Of a stretch of DNA of 32,106 nucleotides, positions 7,569 through 16,991 are shown in pieces. Origin of the DNA: Holosporales bacterium (GTDB taxonomy: Bacteria > Pseudomonadota > Alphaproteobacteria > Paracaedibacterales > UBA11393); contig DPKF01000096.1 of assembly GCA_003542655.1 (NCBI GenBank), forward strand, positions 1 through 32,106, given 5' to 3'. How positions within the stretch are numbered: position 1 is the first letter of the stretch; every line of letters begins with the position of its first letter. Made by a program: the position numbers and the translations under genes. The notes beneath the pieces are model-generated. The model was not told the origin of the DNA. It did no database searches and saw only the letters and a list, made by a program, of their open reading frames with translations.

Positions 7569-10500
7569 ATGAAAATAGTTTTAGGATCAATTTTATTTTT
7601 AATCACAAATGTCAGCGCCGCAACATATCAAATTTATGGCGAAAACGGAGAGCTACAAACGAGTGATAGCTATGGCTGTTTTTCTGCTTATCTTTGTGCT
7701 GACGCTCAAGGCACTGTAAGCCCAAACCCGGCAAATAATAGCACTTATAATCCATATTGTGTTTTAATGAGCGGAACACTAACAGACCCCGCATATTTTT
7801 CACATCTTGATACAGTTATTATCAATGATGATACAACGATTCTCCAAGATTTGCTTATCTACGGTGGCGATGGTGGTGATGGTGGTGATGGGGATGCCTA
7901 TCGCACTAGAAGCCCCATGAATATATCAATGATTCTTCTGATGAATGGCTTGAATCTTCTACCTGTGATATTGAGTGGTATGAAGTTTGCAAAAGCGGGT
8001 ATCAAGGCCAGCCAAACACTTCACAAATCATTTGTAGTAGCCTTGAGTCAGGCCGCAAAAAAAGCAACAGAAGCTTCAGCAAAAAAAAGCGCCCTAAAAG
8101 CCACCGAAATTGCTGCAAAACAAGGTATTTTTAATCAATTCAAGAAGAGTATTTCTATGGCCGTTATAGATTTCCTCCCTTCAACAGTTGTCAAGAAATT
8201 CGGCTCTCAATCTGCACTTGCAGCAAAAAAATTGCTTGCTATATCGACAAAAGAGGGTTCTGAATTTTTATTGTCGGCAGCTGGCAAAAAGGGAGCAGAA
8301 AAAGCCGCACAAAAGGCGTTAATAAAAGCACAACTTCAGGCGGTGAAAACGAACATAAAAAATAATCTGCAGAGGGCAGCAGCTGAGGATCTAAGTGATT
8401 ATGCGCGACGACACTTGATGCAACAGGCACTGACAAAAGGCATAGCACTGCAATCAACAAAAATGGTAACTATAGGTTTGGACGCTGCTGATGGTTGGGT
8501 TGCTAACGCTGCTGATGATCTAACTCGAAGATTTGCCGACAGTGTGATCGACACAGCAGTTAGTAAATCGGCACAGGAGCTCCTAATAGATGCCGCACTT
8601 CAAGACTGTATTGAAGCTCTTGCCAAAAAATTCACACTTAAAAATAACATCAAAAAAATTATGCAGGGCCTGTCATCACGCGTCACTAATCTGCTACCAG
8701 GAGGTTTAGTAGGCACCGTAGCACTACGTTCTTCTCAAAACTTAAGAGACAAATACCTGAGAAAGCTTGTATTAAAAGAAATTGCTGTAAAAAAAATCGC
8801 GCCTCTACTATTTTCTCTTACGGCTCAATGCCAAGGTGGCGGTGGTGGTGGTGGTGGGTTTGGATGGATAGAATCATCAACCATAAAAGGGGTAGGTTTA
8901 AATGTAACAAATGGTGGAGTTGGTTTTCACCCGGATGGATATACCAAATCAGGATATGGTGGGCGTGGATCATATGGCGGCGGCGGCGGCGGCGGCGGAT
9001 CGGTGTATGAAACAGTGACGGGACCCTGGATTGTAAATCGTGCTGGAAATGGAGGAAATGCAGCTATGCTTGCTGGCGGCGGCGGTGGTGGCGGTTCTGG
9101 AACAGGGAAGGGCCTCTCTGATTGGGCAGAAGCTGATGGTATGGGTGGAAATGGCGGCCATGCAGCTGCTAGCTTTGTGAATGGTATTTTGGTATTAAGC
9201 AGCGGCGGCGGCGGCGGTGGCGGAGAGCGTGCATCAAGTTTTATATACACAATAGCGGAGATGGTAGCAGAAATTGTTGTTCAAATTAAGTTAAACGCTT
9301 CAATTATATTCGCCCCATTAGTACCCCTGATTACGATGGTAATGAAACTATTTTATTGGTCAAATCTTTTAGCGATACGCGAAGGGGTGCAGGGCGGTGA
9401 TGCGCATTTTCAAATTCAAGGAGATGGTGGATCTTTTCCTGGGGGATTCCAATTTCCTATGATAACCCCCTGTCCCGTTGTTTCCAGGAATGTAAACCCA
9501 AATAATGATAGCCACTTAACGAATTCTTTAAATTATGGCCTAGTAGGACAAGAAGGAAGCTATGGTGCTGCCGGTATTCTGGTTAAAAATTATTTCGTGC
9601 AGCAAGCCACAGGAAATAAACTTGATTGTGTGTGCAGTGGTGCAGGCGGTGGTGGTGGCGGCGCTGGTAGTGTCGGGGGGGTAAATGGTCGCGCTGGTGG
9701 TAACGCAATTCAACACTTTGAAGGCGGTACTGGCGGTGGTAGTGGCGGTGGTGCATTTCCATATCCAGCTGGAGAAGTCTCTGGCATCGGTGGTGGCGGT
9801 TCTGGTGGCGATGGTGGTTCAGCTACAGAAAAACAAATGAATGTATCTGATACGCAGATGTGTACTATCAATTCTATGAATGGTGGTCATGGTGGACGTG
9901 GTTTTGTAGGTGGTGATGGTGGACAAGGTGGTGGGTGGTTTGTCATTCTTCCTAACAAAATAATAAATTTTGGACTTCCTCAATCAACATCTTCATTAGT
10001 GGATATTATGTCATCGGTAGCTAATGCTGGTTCTTCTCCGCAAGACAGTATGTTTGGCATGATTGGTGGTGCCTCAGGTAAAAATGGTCAAAATCAAGGT
10101 GGTGCCGGCGGTAATGGTGGTGGCGTTATGGTCATTTATGGCACAACAAATATTAATCCTTTTTTTAATTTTGTCATTACTAGACCAACGCCAACCTCTG
10201 CTTCAAGTGGCATAAGTGGTGGGTATGCTTGTGTGAAAGCTGGCGGTCTTCTTAATATTTACAATGGGGCAAAAGTATCAACAGACATCGTGGTTAAAAA
10301 CGGTGGTAAACTTATGATTGAAGAACTTGTTTATAATTGTGATTTAACAGAGATTGAAAACCCAACCGCTTCACGTATTATTAACTTATTTGGCCTTGAT
10401 ATAAACAGTACAAACCCTGTCAATATAACCATTGAATCGGGTGGAAAATTCTATTGCGGCTTGCCACAGTTAAATTTCTCATTTGTTCCTGGGGCTGATG

Positions 10501-12311
10501 TAAACACCATAGATAATGGAACAAATGTTTTCTTTTTTCACGTATTAAACGATGATGTCGCAACAGGCACAACACCTGGTGTTTTAAATGCAATAGCAAA
10601 ATTAAATTTAGCAGTTCTGAATATTTGCGCACCTTTTGAAGATACGTTTTATACAGCAACACGCGACACGACGGTGCCTTATAAATTCGAGAACCAATCA
10701 CAAACCCTTAAAACACTCTCTCAAAATACGAATATCACTACAATAAATGTGGGTTCAGTCACTTTACCAAGTGGTACTATTTATAATGGTTATGTAAATG
10801 GCACTGGCTTAACCTTAAGCACTACCCAAATATTAAATGTGCTTTCTGGCGGCACACTTTTGCTACCAAGCAACATGCCTTCTAACATGATCAACCAAAT
10901 TAAATTTCAAAATGGCTCTGCAGTTGCAACTGCAGAGTCGACTTTAGCAAAAATTTCAAGTCTTTCCTATCCGGTCGGGGCGACCATTTCTTTGCAAACG
11001 AATAATGTTATTCAAGATGATAGCACAGGTGTTTCTTGTACCCTTTCAGATAAGGTAAAAACATGGAATATTTGCGGTGGTTCTTCAACGGCGCCCCAAA
11101 AAGCAACAACACTTTCCTCTGCAAAATTTCAAACGATTAATGTGATGGGAAACACCGTTCCAACATATAATCCAGAAACAATCACAGCTGGCTATTTAGA
11201 TTTAGATGGGGCTACTATAGATGATGCGCAAACTGTTACGATTCATGAGGCAGGAACACTTGTTCTTAATAAACCGATTAATAGTATGATACGACCTTAT
11301 TTATCCATTAAATCTGGTGCCAGTATAGCAACAACTGTTACAAACTTTGAAACGGATATATTTAATGGGTTAGATGAGCGTTTTGAAGCGAATGCTATTT
11401 GTGCTTTAGAAACAAGTTCAATTTTAGCTGATGACTTAGGTGGAATTTGTTTTTCTGGTATACCGTCAAACCTTACAACATGGGACATCTTTGGGGGCAC
11501 AACAAGTTCTATGCAACAAGCAACAACATTAAAAAATGCACAATTTACAACGATTAATCTTTTCACGCCGATGCATACCACAGCTTTAACACTCAACGCG
11601 GAACAAACATTTAATGTATATAACACATTGACAATCGATGGTTCAGCAAGCAACCTTAATGGTGTCATCTCTGTACAGCCAAATGGAACGCTTATCATTC
11701 CCAATACAATAACAGCCAATACAGTCGGCAGACTGATCCAAATTTTATTTGGTGGCATCATGCGCATCAACAGTTCACTTACATCCACAGGATGTTTTAT
11801 AAGCGTATTACCAAGTGGCATTATTGAGACAAGTATTGCGAACTTTACAACAACGAATATTTTTAATAACCTCACAGTTCAGTCAAATGTTGTTTTGCAA
11901 ACAAATGCAGTTTTGTCAGATAGCGCAGATGGTGTTTCTTCTAGCAATATGCCGTCAACGGTCACAGTGTGGAATATGCAGGCTGGCACAGCCAATGCCC
12001 CCCAATATGCGACTCAATTTTCTAAGTCAAAGTTTAAAACGATGAATGTTGCAAAAGGTGGGTACCTGAATGCAACAGGATTAACCATTGAACCAAATCA
12101 AATCATCAATGTTTTTGGGACAGTATTCATTCCTCAGAATGCGGCATTTCTTCCAAAGGATCTTTCTGGAACGACTGACCCATCTACAACAATTTACATT
12201 CAACCCGGTGCTATCATTAAAAGCAATTTAACTAATGACCTTTTTAAAACCAATCTTTTAAAATATTTAAATGCTCCATCTGATATGACGATTACTCAGT
12301 CAGATAATTAA
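7569..12311 (+). CDS. Secreted passenger-like protein: Gly-rich head paralogous to gene 2, Lys/Ala-rich helical insertion, beta-helix-type repeats; no beta-barrel
   Basis: GGAG upstream. Signal peptide MKIVLGSILFLITNVSA|A. LDTVIINDDTTILQDLLIYGGDGGDGGD aligns by eye with gene 2 CDTVVLSNTNIAINSTVSIVGGNGGRGGD. Three W-containing modules near the C-terminus. Ends in MTITQSDN. Confidence 0.85.
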   Translation: MKIVLGSILFLITNVSAATYQIYGENGELQTSDSYGCFSAYLCADAQGTVSPNPANNSTYNPYCVLMSGTLTDPAYFSHLDTVIINDDTTILQDLLIYGGDGGDGGDGDAYRTRSPMNISMILLMNGLNLLPVILSGMKFAKAGIKASQTLHKSFVVALSQAAKKATEASAKKSALKATEIAAKQGIFNQFKKSISMAVIDFLPSTVVKKFGSQSALAAKKLLAISTKEGSEFLLSAAGKKGAEKAAQKALIKAQLQAVKTNIKNNLQRAAAEDLSDYARRHLMQQALTKGIALQSTKMVTIGLDAADGWVANAADDLTRRFADSVIDTAVSKSAQELLIDAALQDCIEALAKKFTLKNNIKKIMQGLSSRVTNLLPGGLVGTVALRSSQNLRDKYLRKLVLKEIAVKKIAPLLFSLTAQCQGGGGGGGGFGWIESSTIKGVGLNVTNGGVGFHPDGYTKSGYGGRGSYGGGGGGGGSVYETVTGPWIVNRAGNGGNAAMLAGGGGGGGSGTGKGLSDWAEADGMGGNGGHAAASFVNGILVLSSGGGGGGGERASSFIYTIAEMVAEIVVQIKLNASIIFAPLVPLITMVMKLFYWSNLLAIREGVQGGDAHFQIQGDGGSFPGGFQFPMITPCPVVSRNVNPNNDSHLTNSLNYGLVGQEGSYGAAGILVKNYFVQQATGNKLDCVCSGAGGGGGGAGSVGGVNGRAGGNAIQHFEGGTGGGSGGGAFPYPAGEVSGIGGGGSGGDGGSATEKQMNVSDTQMCTINSMNGGHGGRGFVGGDGGQGGGWFVILPNKIINFGLPQSTSSLVDIMSSVANAGSSPQDSMFGMIGGASGKNGQNQGGAGGNGGGVMVIYGTTNINPFFNFVITRPTPTSASSGISGGYACVKAGGLLNIYNGAKVSTDIVVKNGGKLMIEELVYNCDLTEIENPTASRIINLFGLDINSTNPVNITIESGGKFYCGLPQLNFSFVPGADVNTIDNGTNVFFFHVLNDDVATGTTPGVLNAIAKLNLAVLNICAPFEDTFYTATRDTTVPYKFENQSQTLKTLSQNTNITTINVGSVTLPSGTIYNGYVNGTGLTLSTTQILNVLSGGTLLLPSNMPSNMINQIKFQNGSAVATAESTLAKISSLSYPVGATISLQTNNVIQDDSTGVSCTLSDKVKTWNICGGSSTAPQKATTLSSAKFQTINVMGNTVPTYNPETITAGYLDLDGATIDDAQTVTIHEAGTLVLNKPINSMIRPYLSIKSGASIATTVTNFETDIFNGLDERFEANAICALETSSILADDLGGICFSGIPSNLTTWDIFGGTTSSMQQATTLKNAQFTTINLFTPMHTTALTLNAEQTFNVYNTLTIDGSASNLNGVISVQPNGTLIIPNTITANTVGRLIQILFGGIMRINSSLTSTGCFISVLPSGIIETSIANFTTTNIFNNLTVQSNVVLQTNAVLSDSADGVSSSNMPSTVTVWNMQAGTANAPQYATQFSKSKFKTMNVAKGGYLNATGLTIEPNQIINVFGTVFIPQNAAFLPKDLSGTTDPSTTIYIQPGAIIKSNLTNDLFKTNLLKYLNAPSDMTITQSDN

Positions 12312-12323
12312 AGGCAGTCAATC

Positions 12324-15300
12324 ATGAAAAATAAAATAAAAATTCTGTATATAAGTATTTATTTAATCTATACCTTGCAAGCAAGTACTTATGATATAAG
12401 TTATCTTATTTCTAATATTTCATGTACAGGATCGCTTACTCTAACAGATAAATATAATCTTGAGGATGCTTGGATTAAGCTAAACGATGATCCAACAGGA
12501 ACGATCCCACCAACAGGCACTGTAAGTCCATCAATGCAGTTTTTGCAAAATGTTACGTTTATTCAAAGTGCTGGCGCTTTTACATTAACAACCCAGTTTC
12601 CTTTAGCAGATGTTGCAAGTGTTTTGGGGAATCTAAACTCTAATATTACAGTATGGAAGATTCAGTCTGCAAATATTTATAGTCAAAAAAATAATCACAA
12701 TGGTCAAACGGCACTTTTTTTACCAAGTACAATTCAAACAATCCATGTTTTAGAAAAATCTCACTTGTTTGCAACACGCTATAAGCCAATGAGCATTGCT
12801 AGCAATCAAAATATTGTAGTTGATGCAGGCGGTGGGTTATATGTTCAGCCTGGCGGATCGCTTTCTATGTTGCAATCTTCCCCTTATCAAGGGTTACAGG
12901 GAAATATTATGATTGCTGGCATATTAGATCACTATCAAGCAGACTTTGCGGGCATAAATTGGTCTTGGTTTCTGCCTTTATCAATGATATTGACAGAAAA
13001 AGTAATAAGCAAATCGATTCTTCCTAACATACCTAATTATGTAATATGGGGTATCGGTGGTGGGTCACTAGATGCACCACAGTACCTTACTGGAACAAAA
13101 GCGCGAAATATAACTATTAATGGCGGTACAGTTGTTGTTGATGAAGCCAACCCTTTCAAGAATAGTTTGATTAAGAATATAGATGTTGAAACCGATGGTA
13201 CTTTACGGATATATGATAATGCCTTAGAGATTTTATCCTTAACTGTTTCAAATGGTACTTTGCAGCTTTCAGCCAATAACTTAATCCCTTTTAATCCCTC
13301 ATACCCCATTACACTTGGCAGTGAAGGGATATTGAAATTTGATGCAGGCATGTCAATTGATAGCCATCTTAACCCCCAAACAATTACTGTGCAAGCAAAT
13401 GCTACTTTTGATATTCCAGGCAATTGGGATGATATTAATCCAGAAAATATCTATATGGATGCTGACGCGCAAAATTTTCCAATTTCCCTTAAAACAGAGC
13501 AGCCATTTGACTTAACTGTTAATAGTAATGCGGCACGTATTGCCTATAATACCTGGCTTATAGGATCTAACGATCAAATAATTCCTGATAATATTTTACA
13601 GCTTGCTCACTTTGTAAAAATGATTTTACTTCCAAATGTCAATATGACACAAGACCTCACTTTGTACTTTGGCCAGATATTAAGAAGAGATGTAACGTCA
13701 GGACTATCAGGAAATATTACAGTTTCAAACGGTGCAACTCTATCGCTGGGCAATGCGTCTTTCGAGGGAGTGACAGCAAACAAAATAACAGTTCAAGCTG
13801 GTGGGGCGGTTATCATTAGTGAAGTAAATGTAGCTGATTCTCTTGCTACAATTGATACAACAGCTGTGATTGAATGGGTTCGTAATTCAAGTTTACCAGA
13901 ATCATCAGAATTTAAAGAAATAATCTTTGATCCAGATTCTATTTTTCAAATACATGCTCTTTTTCGTGATGATCCTGATCATGTGGGTGCAATTACAAGC
14001 CGTTGGAATACGAATGCAGAAGGTCAAACTGCCGTGCATAATCGTCCAAATATTCCGGCAATCAATTTGCTTCTTAACTCAACTTTTTACTCTCCAAATT
14101 TTTCAAATTTATCAAAATATTATGCTTTGCCATCAAATATATCTGCTGCATACGGATTTATTTTATATGCCAACCAACGATTAAATATGTCCTCTACTGC
14201 AATTTTCTATATGGAGTCCGGTTCAACAACACAAATACAAGCTGGGGCGGGGATTGCCGCGACAGATCAAAATGTCATTATTTCTACGGGAGCCACTCTT
14301 GAAACAGATGCCAGTAATTTTGGCGACAACTTTATTAAACCTGCTTGGTTTCAGGCGGGATCTATTTTTAACACAACAAAAGTTTTTAAAGACGATGCCC
14401 TTATCCCAGATAAAGTTGTATGGAATATTTTTAGCCAAAATACAGCCGCAGATTCCGAGGAATATCAACAAGCTGATAGTGCCAGTAAAACCGTTAAAAT
14501 AATTAATATTAAACCCGATGCATATCTAGGAGTTGCAAAAGCGGGGACGTTTTTACTAACGCATACTTTAACAATTGAAGATGGTGGTAAACTAGAAGTT
14601 ATTCCAGGCGGTGAATTTGCATTTGATGGCGGCACGCTTACTTTAAATAATCCAGCATATAAAATAAACATTAATGATGGGGGATTGTGTACGGTCGCTG
14701 CAGATAATTATACGCTTACACAAATACTCGCCATGGTTGATCTAGAGTATGGTGCTATTCTTGGTTTTGGTGATCCTTATATGCCAGCACAGGGTTCCAC
14801 GCCGGCATATAGCGGTCGCGCGTTCTCTCTTCCAGATGATAATACGGGTTTAGGTATAATCCCTGAAGGGACAAGTTTTGAATTTAATAACGGTTTACAG
14901 ACACTTTTAAATTTATCGCCGAAAGCAATACGCATCAGGTTTATGAACCAAGGTATTTTAGAAGTAGCAAATGATTATCCTTTGTCGTTATATGCAGGAC
15001 AAGTGCTTGATCTAACTGAAAGTGATTTTTCTAGTTCTTGGGCGAGTGCTGCAACAAAAGTGTTTCCCTATCGTTTTTTTATTCGTTCTGGAAGTACGCT
15101 TTTTTTACAAGCAGGTGCGAAAATTGTTGATTACGAGAATATGTATACGATACTTGGCATAAAAGCGCCAATCATTATAAAAACTGACGCCAATATCATG
15201 AAAAGTATTCCCGGTTACAAAAGGTGGCTTCAAGCAATACGCTCTATCAATGCCACAGATACTAATCGTATAGAGACTATAAGTGATTATACGTTAAACA

Positions 15301-16958
15301 TGTTTACAGGCACCCATACGGATATCAATGAATTCATAAGTGCTGGAACGCTTTTTAACCAAGGGGCACAATTGCACCTTACCTCAACAGCCGAGGTGCT
15401 TGATAATCAATATGGTATTGGTCTTATTCCTTTTTCAACATGGAATATAGAATGCTCAAATTCTGATTATAAATCAGGTCAAACGCTTAGAACACAAGTT
15501 CCATCAACCTTAGAAACGATTAATATTTTAGATGGGGGTTATGTTTTTTCAATTCTGAGTAATGAAATTAATGTACCCACAGGAACACAGCTAACTATAA
15601 AAAAGAAGGGTACCCTGACAATAATTTCAAACAGCCTTAACGGCACAATTGCCAGTTTATATGTATGTGCTGGGGCTAATCTAATCGTAGATGGCAGTTT
15701 AACGGTTGCGACTCTTCAGATCGAGACTGGGGCAAATATTAGTGGCACCGGACGGATAAATAATACTCTAGTTAACTCACTAAGTACAAGAATCACTCCG
15801 CCAGTAGTATCTACACCAAATGTCACAACGCTTGCAGCTCATAATACACGGACAGTAAGCAGTACAGAGACCTTTACTAATCCTGATTTTGCGACTTACC
15901 ATATAGATGGGACATTAATTCTATTGGCCAATGCGCAGATGGTAAACAATGAAAATGGGGCTATTAATATAAATTCAGGTGGTACGCTCAATATTGATAA
16001 AACCGTAGATGTTAAAAATTTGGGAGATATCGAAGCCTTTTCTGGCGCTACAATTATTTCAAACGCTTCCGCATTTAAAAATAGCAATCTTTTACAATCA
16101 TGGATGGGTAATGGTAGCACGCTTCAAACAACAGCAGCATTTGTTGATGGCATTGGGGGCATTGGTTCTATTCCGCCTCACGTTCTATGGAATATTATGT
16201 CAAATCAATCTTCTTCCATGTTAAATTTTTCATCGAATATGGTTACCGTGATGAGTGGACAAACACTTACATTAAACAATAACTTTACCATTCAAAGTGG
16301 GCAATGCTTAACAATTAATGGGGCATTAAATGTAAATGGGGCCAAAACACTTACAGTTGCATCAAATGGCATTTTAGATTTAACGAATGCCACAGGCTTT
16401 TCGGGTAATATTATTGTGCAGTCAGGTGGCCTTATCATCAATCCAACCACTAACGTTTCTAATATACTATGTCAAACGGGTTCTATTGTGCAAATGAACA
16501 CGAATGCAGCGTTTCCAACTTTTAAAACGGGTTCTACAAATATTCAATGGAACGTTAATGCAGCGACATCGATTAGCGCATTTCCTGAGTCTGTATCGGT
16601 GATTAATATTATGCCTAATGCGGATGTAGCGTTTAGTATCTCAAGCATTACAACATTACAAAAAATTATTTTGCGTAATTTATCAAGTGTCACATTTGTC
16701 ACGTCTTCAAATGCACCGCTTATAGTTAATGGCGTTTTGGAAATTTTTAAAGGGAGTAACTTTGGAACACCTTATATTACCGTTTCTTCTAATGGATTGC
16801 TTAGTGTTGATGGTGATGTTGGTAACTTAACAAATTTAACACTTAATCCCGGTGGTCTGCTACTTGGAACAAAAATCATTACAGATTCTGCAACGTCGCT
16901 TTTGGCTACTATGAATGATGGTGACGTTTTTGAAATTGGTAGTAGACAAGAACAGTAA
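12324..16958 (+). CDS. Secreted beta-helix-type repeat protein (passenger-like), no beta-barrel
   Basis: Signal peptide MKNKIKILYISIYLIYTLQA|S. Many I-x-I-x-x-G-G-x-L turns and ~8 copies of the shared module. Ends in FEIGSRQEQ. 12-bp gap from the previous gene. Confidence 0.85.
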   Translation: MKNKIKILYISIYLIYTLQASTYDISYLISNISCTGSLTLTDKYNLEDAWIKLNDDPTGTIPPTGTVSPSMQFLQNVTFIQSAGAFTLTTQFPLADVASVLGNLNSNITVWKIQSANIYSQKNNHNGQTALFLPSTIQTIHVLEKSHLFATRYKPMSIASNQNIVVDAGGGLYVQPGGSLSMLQSSPYQGLQGNIMIAGILDHYQADFAGINWSWFLPLSMILTEKVISKSILPNIPNYVIWGIGGGSLDAPQYLTGTKARNITINGGTVVVDEANPFKNSLIKNIDVETDGTLRIYDNALEILSLTVSNGTLQLSANNLIPFNPSYPITLGSEGILKFDAGMSIDSHLNPQTITVQANATFDIPGNWDDINPENIYMDADAQNFPISLKTEQPFDLTVNSNAARIAYNTWLIGSNDQIIPDNILQLAHFVKMILLPNVNMTQDLTLYFGQILRRDVTSGLSGNITVSNGATLSLGNASFEGVTANKITVQAGGAVIISEVNVADSLATIDTTAVIEWVRNSSLPESSEFKEIIFDPDSIFQIHALFRDDPDHVGAITSRWNTNAEGQTAVHNRPNIPAINLLLNSTFYSPNFSNLSKYYALPSNISAAYGFILYANQRLNMSSTAIFYMESGSTTQIQAGAGIAATDQNVIISTGATLETDASNFGDNFIKPAWFQAGSIFNTTKVFKDDALIPDKVVWNIFSQNTAADSEEYQQADSASKTVKIINIKPDAYLGVAKAGTFLLTHTLTIEDGGKLEVIPGGEFAFDGGTLTLNNPAYKININDGGLCTVAADNYTLTQILAMVDLEYGAILGFGDPYMPAQGSTPAYSGRAFSLPDDNTGLGIIPEGTSFEFNNGLQTLLNLSPKAIRIRFMNQGILEVANDYPLSLYAGQVLDLTESDFSSSWASAATKVFPYRFFIRSGSTLFLQAGAKIVDYENMYTILGIKAPIIIKTDANIMKSIPGYKRWLQAIRSINATDTNRIETISDYTLNMFTGTHTDINEFISAGTLFNQGAQLHLTSTAEVLDNQYGIGLIPFSTWNIECSNSDYKSGQTLRTQVPSTLETINILDGGYVFSILSNEINVPTGTQLTIKKKGTLTIISNSLNGTIASLYVCAGANLIVDGSLTVATLQIETGANISGTGRINNTLVNSLSTRITPPVVSTPNVTTLAAHNTRTVSSTETFTNPDFATYHIDGTLILLANAQMVNNENGAININSGGTLNIDKTVDVKNLGDIEAFSGATIISNASAFKNSNLLQSWMGNGSTLQTTAAFVDGIGGIGSIPPHVLWNIMSNQSSSMLNFSSNMVTVMSGQTLTLNNNFTIQSGQCLTINGALNVNGAKTLTVASNGILDLTNATGFSGNIIVQSGGLIINPTTNVSNILCQTGSIVQMNTNAAFPTFKTGSTNIQWNVNAATSISAFPESVSVINIMPNADVAFSISSITTLQKIILRNLSSVTFVTSSNAPLIVNGVLEIFKGSNFGTPYITVSSNGLLSVDGDVGNLTNLTLNPGGLLLGTKIITDSATSLLATMNDGDVFEIGSRQEQ

Positions 16959-16991
16959 AAAATATTTATCAAACTTTGGAGCTCTATATAG

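Noticed and set aside
8050-8800. A7-A8 runs in gene 3 as phase-variation sites
   Set aside because: Expected from Lys-Lys codons in an AT-rich genome; the frame is intact.
8828-9250. Poly-Trp/Arg, poly-Pro and poly-Ala short ORFs
   Set aside because: Alternative-frame readings of the GGT/GGC tracts in gene 3.
2359-16991. Stop-codon readthrough or a simple nonsense-broken pseudogene linking the same-frame genes
   Set aside because: The gene 1/2 and gene 4/5 junctions each contain two in-frame stops, and every downstream gene has its own signal peptide. Only the 3/4 junction has a single stop.
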